This document shows, in pieces, positions 16,643 through 31,093 of a stretch of DNA of 64,000 bases. A program made the position numbers and the translations under genes. Under the pieces are notes generated by a model. The model was given only the letters and a program-made list of their open reading frames with translations. It was not told the DNA's origin and did no database searches. Origin of the DNA: Lepidodermella squamata (lineage: Eukaryota > Animalia > Gastrotricha); assembly GCA_047495785.1 (NCBI GenBank), contig JBLDXI010000045.1:434001-498000 (forward strand), read 5' to 3'. Each line of letters begins with the position of its first letter. Within the stretch, counting starts at the first letter, position 1.

Positions 16643-19600
16643 TCATGCAACTGAAGCAAAACTGTAAGGCGATTGCAGGTCGAGAATGTACTCGTCAGGT
16701 TGCATAGGGCGGTAGGCAATATTGGCAAGTTGAAACGGACTTTTGCTCTGGCGAAGAACATCCAACATCGCGCCCAGCTCTTGTCTGCGAGCCTGTTTAA
16801 AACTTCATCATAATTATTCAAAAATTGTAAAAAATATTATACCTCAAGTTGAGCCGTATCGGCTAGTGTCCTGAGCCAGTCAAATTTATTTCCCAGAATG
16901 ACAGATCCAAGAGCAGGTATCGCGATGCTTAAGTACGTGCTGATAAACTTGGTTCGAACAGTCTGATCCTCTTTTCGCTAGATTCGAAAATAATAGCGAT
17001 TTTTAAAAAAATTAAAAATCTCAGCAAACCTCTTGTCTGGTGAGTTTTTTATTCGCATCAACCCAAAGAATCTAAAATTGAATTATTAAGCGAATTTATT
17101 TTGCGAAAAAATATGCCGGCAAACTTACACGAACTACATCCATTATATCAGGCTGATCGGCGACATATGGGAAAGTCGATAAGAACGGATTTTGAATCTT
17201 ACCGGCCCATTGAGGATGTTCGCGTTTGCCCAACATCGAGATCAAAGTATCGAAGTAGAAGTCAAATGCCGGTAAATACAAAGAACAGCCAATCAACGTA
17301 TCAGGAAAGCAGTCAATTAGTTCTCGGTCGTAGTTGAAATCAAGAATCTTGAAAACGATGTAGGGCTCTTTGCTGTTTTTCATCGACACCGGCTTCTTCG
17401 GCCGCTGAGCTGAAAAAGAAAGACAGCAGATGTAAACTTGATCAAAAATACCCGAGAAATAAGGAAGTGGGGAACAAGTTACAAAAAGTTCATTTCCGCA
17501 TAAAAATATCCCAAGAGCAGTTTACATGCAAGTTCCAAATAATTCAAATTGTAAACAAACAGGCGCATAATTTGCTATCACAGCAATAATTGCAATCTCT
17601 AAATCCTGAAAAAGGTCCAGTTTACAATCAAATTCATCAAATTTTCAATTTCAGAAGGGAAAATTATGTAAAACACACCTGGTGGCGGCTGGCCAGAACC
17701 TAGCGCAATGCCGATTTCCAATGGAATACCTCCACATAGTTGTCCTTCAAAATTCCTGGAAAAAAGTATTGATTCAAGGATGTATTGTAAAATCTTCAAG
17801 TTTAACGCACCCTTTCTTTACGGGCTCGTTATTCTCGACTAGAGGCTGAGTATACCAACCGCATGAAATCATGCAAGAATCACTTGTACCCTGAAAGTCG
17901 AATGTTAACTGTTGGCACGAAATAATATGCTTGAGTCAGATACCGCTCGTTTTACGACATAGGAGCATTCAAACAGAACGGAGAGATTGGTGCTTTTCGA
18001 GTCGCATTTAATAAAGATTTCTCCGAACTGCATTCCAAGAGATAAATCATTTGTCTACCAACAAGTAACACAAATAAAAGATTTTATAAACCAGCCATCC
18101 CGATACTAACGTTTACGTCGAAGAGCCAATTCTTTTTCTCAGGGTCTGCGGTCCCAGAGGCTCGAACGGTGTGAACATTACTCACAATCTGGGCAAAAAA
18201 TAGATCATTAGCAGAAGCTGGATTGAATCAAAATGACCCACCCTTTCACCATCAATCAGGCAAATTCTCATTATTCTATCGACAGCGTCGGCGGCTATTA
18301 GCAATTAAATTATTTATGATCAGCCTTGTGAAATATATTAAAGTTTTTTTCTATCTAACCTCCAACACCACTGAGAGTAACCATGTTATGACAGCCCATC
18401 ACGGAAATTACTTTGATATGGCGAGGCTCCGGAGCTCCATGAAGAATCTGAGAAGTGCAGAATATTTGACAGATGATGCTTTGCTGCATAAATTATCATT
18501 TTCATACCTTCCCAACAGCGGATCCAAACGCTGCATCTTTAAAGCTCAAACGATGCGGCGTCAGTTTAGGAGCCAAGAAATTTCTGTACGTATAAATATC
18601 GCTAGTGTAAGACAGCATCTTGTGCAAGAAAGATGATCGAAAGCCGGCAGGAATAGCTCCAGACGACTTCAAACTTTCGAAAAGTTGATCATTCTTTGTC
18701 TTTAATATAATATGTTTACAACCACACTAGACATGTCCATGAATTTGCTTACGGATTTATCATTTTTCACGTGAAGCCAAATTTCAGATCCACTCATATT
18801 TAGAACATCAGGCGATATTTTAGCGCGAAAACTTAGTTTTTCGACACTTGATTGCGACATAACAGGCAGCGTTGACGAGGGAGGATGCGCAAATGAAATC
18901 TGAGGAGCCACAGGCATATTAACGACCGGAACATTCGTAATGCTATTGGCAGCAGAGCCAATAACTTGTTGATGCGTTACTGGCGTTGGAGTAGTCAATA
19001 CAGGTGGTACTGATTGTGCTAAAAAACATCTTGCAATTAAACGAAATGGGCAGCAGACTTTGAAACAATTATACCAGCAGAAGATTGAGGCAGTGGTGCA
19101 GGAGCTATCGATCTCTGAACTGAAGCAGGTGGATTTTGCGGCTGTGAGGCGACCACAGGGACTTTCTGCAAGGTAAGGGAATCGTAGATAATCCACGATG
19201 ATGAAACTGAAGAAAAAACCTGAGGAGCCGGGGCATCTATACTTTCAAGCTGGTCCAACACCTTGGCTAACTCAGCCTGTGAACAAAGATCAGTAACTTT
19301 TCATACATTTGTGGAGTAATCAACTAACCTTTAGCTTCAATATATTCTCATTCTGCTCCTTAGTGAAGTTTTGATTACTACGCTGAAAATTTAATGAGCA
19401 ATGAATGTACACTAACTCACAGAGCTACAACTTACTATCATATTTTCAATATCATCTTCCACCCCTTCGCCTTCTCCCAAATAGTTATCGGCAACTTCAT
19501 CGAAATTGGTAACATTGCTGCGGTTGGCTATCAACTCCTGGCACTTCTTGAGAAATGCCACAATCTAAGATAAGAGAGTGAATTAGCGGTGTCAGGCAGG

Positions 19601-19651
19601 GGGAGGGGGTGTATAAAATACCTGCTGCTGTTTGACTTCGAAGGATGACAT
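16643..19651 (-). CDS. NPHP1: Nephrocystin-1 (ciliary transition zone), multi-exon
   Basis: Exon translations GAIPAGFRSS, HTVRA...KNWLF, LSVLFE, ISCGWYT, LCGGIPLEIGI, FPDTLIGCS, NPFLSTFPYVADQPDIMDVVR follow the NPHP1 C-terminal domain in order (human GAIPAGFRPS, HTVRA, LSCGWVF, LNGGTPYEKGI, LPETLIGN, TFPMLLEQPDVMDALR). Confidence 0.88.
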
Positions 19652-19948
19652 AGGTAGTGACAAACCAACGACAACAAGAGAAAAAGCTGCTGACAACTTA
19701 AAACTTCAAAGGCTTGAGCATTAGCTGTCGCGAGAGACGCAAAAACCTAACAACAAAAGTTTATTTTTAAAATATAATATTGAAGTCATATTATGCTATA
19801 TCTGATATAGTGAATAAAGAATAGCGCGTTTTTCTAGAATATGACCTTCACGAAGCGCGGGTCCCGACAAAAAAGTACGCCGCGGCCATGACAAGACGCG
19901 CGACAAAGTGACTGCGCGCGAAAACTCAGACCTTTTCATGATGTCAGC

Positions 19949-20268
19949 CAGAGCTCCAAAAAGACGGTAATATAGTAATTAAATTACGAGACAGATTCAG
20001 AGGCTCAGCTGATAGGGTAACAAGTTTGATGAGTTTCCTGCGATTTGTCTCGCTAATCTCACGTATTTTGATTGTTGGGGGGTCGCTGGGCCATTTAGAT
20101 CCTATTTTTTTGTAGGAAAATTCTTTTTGCCCATTCAAATTGCCTGTAATCTACGCGAGTAAGGAGTCAAAATGACAGCCATGTCATGTTTTTGTAATGG
20201 AAGGCAAGAGACAGTTTCTAAAATTGTCTGACCGGTTACGAGACAGAAAACCACTTTTTGGAGCACTG
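19949..20268. mobile_element. hAT-family MITE
   Basis: TIRs CAGAGCTCCAAAAAG / CTTTTTGGAGCACTG; perfect 8-bp TSD ATGTCAGC at 19941-19948 and 20269-20276; subterminal TTACGAGACAG repeats; no ORF. Confidence 0.9.
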
Positions 20269-20490
20269 ATGTCAGCAAAGGCAACTTGCTTCCGTCATAA
20301 CGGCTGGTCTCGATATCAAAATATCACCATAATGCTCAACTACATTATTCCAGATTTAGAAAAAACGTCCTAAGCCTAATTTTTTAATCCGCCTATTTCT
20401 ATTTTTGCAACTTTTGCCTTGCTCCAGCTCGTTCATTCCGCCTGGACGGTTTCATTTTTTAATTACTTATTATTTATAGGCTCGGATCGA

Positions 20491-21903
20491 ATGGTTCATG
20501 CATCGCGAGTCTATCGTAGCGTTTCACTAACGCAAAGGAATTTCTTGAACCTTATTCGCTCAAAATTGGGGGACAAAACTTACCGACAAAGTTTAATCGA
20601 TAATGCCAATGTGCGCGGTGAGGTTGTAGATGGAGGTCTTCTGGAAAAGTTGTCAACTCGGCATGTTTTCGATTCAGATAGTGAAAAAGAAGCTATTGGT
20701 GTTGTTTTCAAGCTTCCAAACTGGACCCATTCCAGTGCGCCTCGTGGTGACGAAAATGCATCAGCAACTGTGAGGAATTATCAGTCCTCTTCCGTTCCGA
20801 AAAAGGGAACTGTGAAAGCTGCCGAAAAAATCGCACTGGCCAACAATTGGCTGAGGTATTCGGATCTCGGGCTAATTTCTGGTCCCAAAACTTATGCGTT
20901 GGCGGGTCCTCTTGCTAAGCTTGAGTCGTCGCTGATCCGTTTCGCGCTCAGCAAGCTCTTATCCAAATCTTTTAATTTCGTTCACGTCAATGAGTTGGTT
21001 CGCTCCGAAATAATTAACGGATGTGGATTTCCAACGGATTCTATACGTTCACAAGTTTATAAACTTGGAAGCCCTGCTGAAATTGATTCTTTATGTCTAA
21101 TTGGTACTGCAGAAATGGCCTTGGCAGGTATATTTTCCATCATAGTTCATGGCACACCTAGGCTGTTGTTTTATTCTAGGATATGTGTCCAACAGATGTT
21201 TCAGCGAACGCCAGCTACCGCTGAAGTTGTGTTCGCTTAGTCGATGCTACAGAGCAGAAGCGAGTGATAATCAAATAGACAAGGGATTGTATCGGGTAAT
21301 GCTTGTTTCATGATTAGATGCAGAAGGAGTTCTAAATCGCTGCTCGTAGGTTCATCAATTTTACAAGGTAGAAATGTTCATCGTGGCAAAGAATAACGCG
21401 GAAGCCTCAGATTTAATTCTTAATGACTTGGTCGCTGTTGAAGAAGAAATATGTCGAGATTTAGGCCTAAGCTATCGTTTGCTTGATATCGCAAGTATGG
21501 ACCTTGGCCTCCCTGCTTATCGTAAATTCGACATTGAAGCTTGGCTGCCCGGGCATGATCGGTTTGGCGAAGTAACTTCCGCGTCCAATTGCATCGACTG
21601 GCAATCAAGTCGATTAGGAATACAGTATAAAACCAGTGACGGCGTGACTCATTTCGCACACACTTTAAATGGTGGGTTAAATTGCCAGCGTGTGTTGGAT
21701 TTTAATAGATTGCTCTTTTAGGCACAGCATTAGCCGTCCCGAGGGTTTTAATCGCTTTGCTTGAAACACATCAAGACGGCGACTGTGTCGTTCTCCCCGA
21801 TGCTTTGCGTCCATTCTACGGTAGTTCGAAACTCGAACCACTTGCTCGTTGTTGGCGTTCGTCTCCCGCCCAAAATGTTTCGGGTATCCTTGATTCTTCT
21901 TAG
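20491..21903 (+). CDS. SARS2: Mitochondrial seryl-tRNA synthetase
   Basis: LPNWTH, SQVYKL, CLIGTAEMALAG, SRCYRAE, KGLYRVHQFYKVEMF, LGLPAYRKFDIEAWLPG, EVTSASNCIDWQSSRL, HTLNGTALAVPR across exons with ~50-nt introns; basic N-terminus. Confidence 0.92.
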
Positions 21904-21999
21904 GGTCGCTCTTAAATTCAGACGGCAGAATAATTTTCGATTAATCGCGCTATTCATTTTGTTTCTAGATATTAATTATTGTATTTGCTTCATCCAAAA

Positions 22000-22541
22000 A
22001 TGTTGACGGAGAACGATGCGGTACGTTCGGCAATTATTACCAATGTCTTTAATAATTGTTTGTTTCGCAGTTTATGACCGAACTTGGAAAGCTGTTCTTT
22101 AAGTCTCGTACTGCTGGTACTTTGAGGATAGTATTGAAAAAACGTGAGTCATCGAATTTTAACTGAGAATTTTAATTTGTTTATTCTTGCTGCATAGATG
22201 ATGGCAGAAATAAACCTCTCCCTAGAGATCCTAAGAAAAAGCCGTGGACTTTCAAGCCTAAAAAGGGAAAATCGTCTGACGGATCTTCCTCCTCGTCCTC
22301 CGCATCTCATTCGGCGGCTCATAGTAACGAACCCCGTTGCCTTATTCGCGCCACCTTGGGGTCTAAAAAAGTTACCACCAACGTGTTTTCTAAGGATATC
22401 AACAAATTCCAAGTCGCCTTCAGTTCATCTCTCAGGACAAACATCGACGGTCTGAAAAAGAAGGATAAAAAGGCGGAAAAGAAAAATAAAGCTGCCGCCG
22501 CCGGTCAAGGCACCGCCGCTGCCTCATCGTCTTCCAAATAA
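22000..22541 (+). CDS. SRP14: Signal recognition particle 14 kDa protein
   Basis: Exons 22000-22020, 22071-22143, 22198-22541 give MLTENDAFMTELGKLFFKSRTAGTLRIVLKKHDGRNKPLP...CLIRATLGSKKVTTNVFSKDINKFQVAFSSSLRTNIDGLKKKDKK, collinear with SRP14. Only the tail appears in the ORF track. Confidence 0.93.
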
Positions 22542-22800
22542 GGTTATCACCTTGACTTGTGCAATGCCTATTCGACACAAATCGGATGTGTTGGAAAAAA
22601 ATGTGAAAAAATTATTCGTATCTAATCTGGGATTTGGGTTGTCTTTTATTTAAGTGAAATCAGAATACGGTCAAATAATGTTTCTCTTTGTTATGTGCGT
22701 TGTGCTCACGAAAAAAGTTGTTCGTCTTTTGACAACTGCGACAAGTAAAAGAAGAAATGCAATTGCGTTTTAATTAGGTCATTTTCTTTGTAACTGAAAC

Positions 22801-23905
22801 ATGTCCAGTGAAGCTGAATTGACGCATGGCGAGGCGCAGTTGTATGACAGACAGCTGCGGCTGTGGGGTGTTGAAGCCCAGCGGCGGTTGAAATCGTCCC
22901 GCGTGTTCATGTTTGGCGTGTCCGCTTTGATTGGTGAAGTTGCGAAGAATCTCGTTTTGGCCGGTGTTAATCGCGTCACGCTGGTTGACCAGAACCCTGT
23001 CTCAGAGGCCGACGTATCATCCAGCTTTTTCGTCTCTCAGCTAGATCTAGGAAAAAATGTGAGTTGCGGCTGAAAAACATCGAAAATAAAGCTAAACTTT
23101 CGACCGATTTTAGAAAGCTTCGACCTTTGCTGGAAATCTTCGAGTTTTGAACTCATTGGTCACAGTCGATGCATTCGAATGGGGCCCATCTCAAAGTGGC
23201 GATGTGCTATCCCTTGGCGATTTATTCGAAAAATACCCCGAAGCGAATCCGCCCATCAAGGAAGGCGATTTCGTCGTTGTCAACGGCTACAACCAGGCCA
23301 CATCAGCCGCAATTGCCGTCGAGTGTCGTGAATTGGGCGCCGCTTGTTACGTGGCCGGGGTTTCGGGTGCTCTAGGGTGTTTTTTCGCCGATCTGGGCGA
23401 TTCTTTCAACTACTGCCAGGCGGACGATGCTCAACTGTCGAATTTCCAGCGATCGAACGTAGGTTCAGAGCAGAAGGCCGCATTCCCGCCGCTTGGGCCG
23501 ATTTTGAGCCTGAACCCAAGTTTGAAACGCACAGATCTCGTTACGACTGAAACGCCGTCTGGTCAACGATACTTCACCCTGGCTTGCAGCCTGCTGAACA
23601 GCATCGCTTCTAACAACGACTTCGCATCGATCGACAAAACTCTGCTGGAAATTTGCGGCGAAAATGTTGAAGTTCTCGGCGACCAGGTTCTCACCCCGGC
23701 TACTTCGTCGATGGTTGGCGGCATTCTGGCGCAGGAAATCGTGAAGGCTATCTGTAAAAACGCGGCTCCGTTCAACAATTTCTTCTTCATTGACGTTACT
23801 CGGTTTTTCTCACTTGTCGACTGCATTCGAAACACGAATTCTCAATCCAACGCGGAAATCGCCGCTGCTGCTCAAGTTCCGGTTGGAATCCCGGTTTCAG
23901 TCTAG
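22801..23905 (+). CDS. SAE1: SUMO-activating enzyme subunit 1 (Aos1)
   Basis: EAQLYDRQLRLWGVEAQRRL, EVAKNLVLAGV, FFADLG, VGGILAQEIVKAI...PFNNFFF; one short intron near 23059-23112. Confidence 0.92.
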
Positions 23906-24221
23906 AAATTTTATTATAGAACTAACAAATTTCATTGTCTCGTGTTTTCTCTCGGTGATTTTTTCGGAAATAAAACTATCAATGCGTTTCTGATTTTATT
24001 TTTACTTTCGTTAACTCCCCAGTCTTTCCGAATGCAGTTGTCGAAGCTGTTTACACTGGGCACTAGTTGTTGCATCGAAGGATTCAGAACTGAGCTAGAA
24101 CTGGGAAACTGATGTAAAAACTGAAAAATGTTGTAGTTTCAGTTGCAGATTGCCTGAAACCTTCACCGCAGGCGAATGGGGACCATCTTACCGCACCCTT
24201 TGATTTGCAGTAGAGTTCAAC

Positions 24222-24264
24222 GGAGCCTTTTAGGGTCCTACAGCACTTTCTGAACCCACAAAGC
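24222..24264 (+). pseudogene. Degenerate fragment resembling the U4 snRNA 3' end
   Basis: GGGTCC-TACAGCACTTTCTGAACCCACAAAG aligns with GGGTCCCCTGTAGCACTTTCTGGAGCCCCACAAGG of the U4 gene at ~47426-47460. Confidence 0.5.
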
Positions 24265-24478
24265 AGGCAAGAGTCAAGGCCACCAGCCACGCAGCATTTT
24301 ACTTTTGTTATTGCACTGCGCCACTGTTATTACGGAAAAGATCCCCATGCTTCGATGTCCCACGTTGCATCGAATTTTCACTTAAGAATGTCCTCTCAGG
24401 TGCTGGCATTGGGAAAATTTTGCTACTGGTCCAAATTGCCGCAAGCAGTGAAAATCAAAACTTGCTCATCGTATAATA

Positions 24479-24576
24479 TGTGTGCATATGCAAACTATTA
24501 ATTAAGGTGTATTGCCCTCCATAATAAAAAGCGGGTCGATTCCTGAAAAGTTAATAATTAGCTTTGCGCAGTGGCA
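24479..24576 (+). promoter_or_regulatory. Copy of the U4 snRNA promoter plus U4 nt 1-17
   Basis: TGTGTGCATATGCAAA...ATAATAAAAAGCGG.TCGA...AAAAG.TAATAATT|AGCTTTGCGCAGTGGCA with the same 81-nt spacing as 47246-47343. U4 similarity stops at 24576. Confidence 0.85.
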
Positions 24577-24697
24577 AAAAAAGGAAAAAAGGCAAAAAGT
24601 GAATGGTTCGCCTTTACCTGCTAAACCAACTCCGCAGCCAAGCAAAAGCCCGGCGATAAGCTACAGCTTGCTGCCGCGAGATTTCAAACGCCACCAA

Positions 24698-25586
24698 ATG
24701 CAGTCGAGGCTGAATCATGTCAACAAAGACGCCGAGCCAAAAACTCCGCAGCCTAATATACCAAATTTAATCCTACCTCCATCCAATTCTGATCTCGATT
24801 CGGCTGCGGGTAGCATGGAAACTGCTGGAACCGGGGCAACTGTACCCAGCACTGATACCGGCATAGGTTCAGGCAGCATGGATCTAACCAAATTTCTTGA
24901 TAAAAGGCTGATTCCGGGTTCAGTGGAAGCAGTACAGAAGCAGTACAAGTGGTGTGAGGAGTTATGAGTCAAGTTTCAGGAGTTTGATTAAAAAAACTGC
25001 CAGTTCCAGGCGCTGGTAAAACTGCTGTCTCGGTTAGCGCCAATGCTGGCCAGAAATTCGATGAAAGTATTCGCATGAACGCGGCTGACATTAGCCTTCT
25101 TAATCAGCTGATTTCCAACTACACTAGGAGCACTAGTGAATTGATGAGCAAATCTAGAAATGACGGTAATTGAAAGAATTAATTTCGAGAATTTTTCTAA
25201 ATTTGTTTCATCCAGGTACGCTTCCTGCTTTGGCAGAGTCGGATCAGAAATCAGCTGGGCGAGATACTTCAGCTTCGCAAGTTTTACCCGAAATTTCGGG
25301 CGAATTGAACGATGTCGCAAATGATTTCAACAACATGGTACAGCGAAATCGAGCCAAAGAAACGCGTTTTGCGTTACCGAAATTCAACGGCGGAATTTCG
25401 TCCTGTGGCAGCTTCGGCCACTGTTTCACTGACTATCGATTGGGGGCTAATCTGACGACTCTACTTGCCCACCCCAACGGATTTCGATTTTCTTCTATCA
25501 CCGAACAACTGCTTTATTATTTCAAATTCACGGAGGAGAGGCGGATGCAAACAGAAACCGAGCAGCTACTTGAGTTGCGATCTTAG
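24698..25586 (+). CDS. Uncharacterised spliced protein (~260 aa)
   Basis: Phase-compatible introns 24954-25009 (56 nt) and 25166-25215 (50 nt) join ORF 24512-24967, a middle exon and ORF 25170-25586 into one frame. No recognised homologue; start codon uncertain. Confidence 0.6.
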
Positions 25587-25712
25587 ATTTTCTTTCATCC
25601 ACTTTAGAAAATACTTCCCATTTTTCAAACATCAACCATTATTTTTTATTCAAACTGAAAGATTTTTGAGTTGTTAAAAGAAACAAAAAAATTGACAAAT
25701 AAATTGAGAAAG

Positions 25713-26936
25713 TTAAATCGGCGGCAGGCCCATTGGGGCTGTCAGCGAAGTTGACGACTTTTTCGGGTCTTTCACCGTGTATTTGTCCCACTTTTTCTCC
25801 GGGTCGAACGGCTCCCATCGAGACGCCGGGAATATATGCTTATTCCGCTCGTACCAACTTCGAAGGCAAACTTTACCGGCGTGTGATTCTTCTTTTTCAA
25901 TTGAAGCGTCGTTTATCAGTCGAATGTCATTTCTAACGCTGAAATCGAATAATGGACCACTTTTACCGCGCGCTTTCGTCACAATCAGCTCGTAAAACGT
26001 GTAATGATGAGGTAGAATAAGATCCTCCTAAAAATTAGGGAAAAAACGTATAAAATCACGAAAATAATCGCAATAGAAACTCACCTTAATAAACATGAGC
26101 TGATCAACGCCAACCACTCGCAATTCGTTAAATTCAGCACGCAGGGCTTCAAGAGCTTTTTGAAGAAATTGCTGGATTGAAAAGCCTTTCTTGATTTTAA
26201 CCGATCGACGATGGCCGGAACCGTCCCAGTAACTGTAAGTGATCTCGACGTCCTCATTTTTGATCATTTCCTGCGTATGCCGCCATTCGGCCGCCAGTTT
26301 TTGACGAAGTTTCGCCTCTTGCTCTTCTCGCTCTCGATCCGGGAGAAAACTAGTATCGACCTCCGGGTTCATACCGAAGCGTTTCTTTTGAAATGCGGCC
26401 GGTTTGTTGGTTTCTTGGTGCTCTCCACTGCTAACACTTGTGAAGCTTTCGTTTTTCGCCTCCTGACTTTCTTCACCTTGGCTAGACGTGGCCTTGTCTT
26501 GGCTAACTTCACCTGCTGCGACGGTAGATGGCGAGGTAACCGCCTCCGACGAACTTTCCACGTCATCTGTCTCCTCGTCATCAAACGCGAATGACAATTT
26601 TGATTTATCGACTGTCTTTTTCTTTTTAGCCTCATTATCACTACCACCGCCTTGTTGCTTTCTCCGTTCAGCCCTTTTCTCCGTTGATAAAGCCATTTCA
26701 AGGTCATGCTCTTTCAACGCCTTCTCCCGCTTAGCCCGCATTTGATCGAGAGTAAGTAAACCAACGGTTTCATTGCGAATTTTCTCCTCAACAGAGTCAT
26801 ATTTCGCAGAAAACCGACCGTCAATTGAGTTGAATTTCGTCTCATCCGCAATTTTCTTCCGTTGAAAAGCAGCCTCTTCCTGTTCTTTCTGTCGCTTTCT
26901 TTGAAGCTGTAAAGCTCTAGCAGCGTCGTCACCCAT
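25713..26936 (-). CDS. FAM50A: FAM50/XAP5 spliceosome-associated protein
   Basis: [69 protein letters not shown]; one intron ~26028-26085. Confidence 0.95.
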
Positions 26937-27164
26937 GATTAAAACCTAGAGAAATCGAAAAAAACACCAAGATGAAGCGCCTTCATTTTGTCTTTGTTTT
27001 AATTCCCGAAACGAGAAAAGATTTCGCAAGATAATCCATTCAAAGCACGTTAAACGTGACAAATTATCACTGGGACTACTAAATTTGGTATAACACAGTT
27101 TTGCAGAATTGCAAACACATGCATTTTGCTAGCGCCGGAATGTTTGCTCGTGTCATGGAAACAC

Positions 27165-27932
27165 TTATTGCTTCTTGCCTTTACCGGCAGCCTCAGCAGC
27201 AGCTTGTTGAGCCTGACGCTCCTTCTCGATTTCGGCAAGGAGTTGCTCAACTTCGGTGGGGTTGAGGAACGAAAGACGTTGGCCGCGACGCATAGCAGCA
27301 ACTTCGATGTTGCGAGCCGAGGCTTGGACAACCTCCACCAGAGCACGAACAGCCAGACGCTTGACGGCTGAGTCGTCTGAAAGGTCGGTATCACCATAGG
27401 TGCGCTCAAGGAATTCGCGAACAGTTTTGGCTTGACGGCCGATAGCGTTTGCACGCCACTCATTGTAAGCACCAGATGGATCTGTCTGGAAAAGATGAGG
27501 CTCGCCGCTAACTTCATCGAATCCAGCAATCAACATAGCCAGACCGAACGGGCGCCGGCCGTTACTTTGAGTGTACTTCTGCTTCATTTGAGCAATGAAC
27601 CGGGTAATGTATTCGATGCTAACGGGATCTTCAACAGTCAATCGATGGCTTTGGCATTCAATGCGGGCACGGTTCAACAGAATTCGAGCGTCAGCAGTTA
27701 ATCCAGCAAAAGCCAAGGCCACATGGTCGTCCAATGCGGCAATTTTGCGGTTAGTGCGGTCTTCTTGAAGCTTGGCGACAGCTTTCTTCTCCACAGCAAG
27801 AACGACTATGTTTTTGCCAACAATAGCCACAGCTACGGCACCTTTGCTAACAGCCTCGCGAGCATAATCAACCTGGAAAAGGTGACCATCAGGGGAAAAG
27901 ACTGTAATAGCGCGATCGTATCGGTCAGCCAT
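27165..27932 (-). CDS. PSMA7: Proteasome subunit alpha type-7 (alpha4), intronless
   Basis: [67 protein letters not shown]. Confidence 0.96.
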   Translation of the reverse strand: MADRYDRAITVFSPDGHLFQVDYAREAVSKGAVAVAIVGKNIVVLAVEKKAVAKLQEDRTNRKIAALDDHVALAFAGLTADARILLNRARIECQSHRLTVEDPVSIEYITRFIAQMKQKYTQSNGRRPFGLAMLIAGFDEVSGEPHLFQTDPSGAYNEWRANAIGRQAKTVREFLERTYGDTDLSDDSAVKRLAVRALVEVVQASARNIEVAAMRRGQRLSFLNPTEVEQLLAEIEKERQAQQAAAEAAGKGKKQ

Positions 27933-29404
27933 TATTATAAGCTTAGTAACTATAATCAATATCAACAGCAATACAATTTATCTCGAAGACAAGCGCAAAA
28001 CGTTCTTTTTGCTTTCAGAGATAATATACAAAAAGCCATAAGAAAAATTGATGATTGGAACCTAACACAGATTCAAGGCTCAGCAAGACCAAATAAAACA
28101 TGAGCATAAGTATGAAGACAATACAAAGCTCAGAATTCAGAATATTATGATCTCAGGTTCATCTCATATGAATCATATGAGAATTGGCAACGGTTTAGCG
28201 AAGAGCCCTTGTGTGAATCGAAAACTAACTGCATGGCAGGAAATCTTTGTTCTTTGAGCGTAATGGTTGCGGCGTTTCGCCAACCTGAACTTGGAATCGC
28301 ACCAACATCGTCATCCTCGGCTGAATAGAACTATTTACTGCATGTCTTAGTTTGATGAATTTGATGAATAAGCCGCATGTGTCAAACGGTATGACAGGAA
28401 ACCCCACATTTTTCGCTCAGTCTTTATCCAGTAAAACGATGAAACGCTCTAGGAGCATTTGCCTGCCAACTCAGCGTCTTGCACCATTCACGAACCAGGC
28501 TATTCAACAACTATATAAGCCACAATTTTTGAATTCTTAAAGCTTTTAAAGCTTGAAGACAGGATGGAACAAAACCCGATTTCCTCGCGAGACTATCCCG
28601 AAGGGATGCCTCTTGCCCTCTATCAACTTCTTAAAAATATTTTTCAATAATTTAAATGTCGCATGACAAATTTAATATCCAAGTTGAACAATATTGCAAT
28701 CTTGATAATTAGCAGTTTATTTTTTGTGAAAAGCAAATACTAGAGTAAAATCTCTATCGATTTTCCGCGGCGGTGTCAGATTGAATAAGCTTAGCTACGC
28801 CCGCCGATTCTTCCAAACAGTGTTATGCACTCCACCATCTTCCCGCCTCGCACCAGCTGTTGCTGATATATTTTTATGCACCGTATAAAGCAAGCCACTG
28901 TGAGCATCTTTTCCTTCCATTCTCCATAACTTTCTGTTGCCGGTTAACTGATAGCCGGAGTCTACTCCGTAGCGCACATCTTCCATAACGTTTGCTTGCC
29001 GCGTATCTTATTATTTTCCAATTTGCACATGTTTGTTTTATTAGCCACAATATAGGATGCAATCTATATAGCTAATTTGGTGCATCACCCTCCAAGCCGT
29101 CCATATGAGATGTTAGCGGAATGACCAGTTGTGCCGCATATTAGTTTTTTGTTGCCGTATTACATTTTTCTCGTTTTCTTCAAATAAGGCAACTGATGCA
29201 CACTGCGCGTTTTCTTTCCTTTCAAGCTCATCTATTCCGTATGCGGATTTTGATTGTTGCCCATCCCGCTGCCTAGTTGAGGTGTTTTTATTCCGATAAC
29301 CAGTTTAAGGTCATTTGACTACCTACTAGCCCGATTTTGAGTCCAAAGTGGTATCAATCCATAACTTGTGCATATCTTCATTTGCCATTTGCTTAGGAGC
29401 CTAG

Positions 29405-30686
<1,282 letters not shown>

Positions 30687-31093
30687 ACGCCCTAAGTACT
30701 ACAGCAACAACGACCACCCAAAGACTCAGAATCTAATCGCTGCAGTTTGCTTTAAAAACTTCGCCATCCATTTATTGCCGAATAATCTACATGAAAGCAT
30801 AATATTTGTCGTTACTTGCTTGTGTGCAGTGTTGATGTTGACTTTGCCACGAAAATACTTGCTGAATTTTGCGTTTTTGTACGTCCTTTAGTCGATCTGA
30901 TTGGCTGAAGTCAGCGTACAGGCGTGCTCTTACGCAGATTTAAGGATCTTTCTTAATTATTCTGATGCTGAGTCTCGAGCCCCGAGTGCTTCAAAATAAA
31001 CTTTGCTAGTCTAGTGTCGCCATACCAAATAAAGTTAACGCGCATGCATTACATGTTGTCTTGTGTTTTAGTCATTTTTTTACGTTCATTGTT

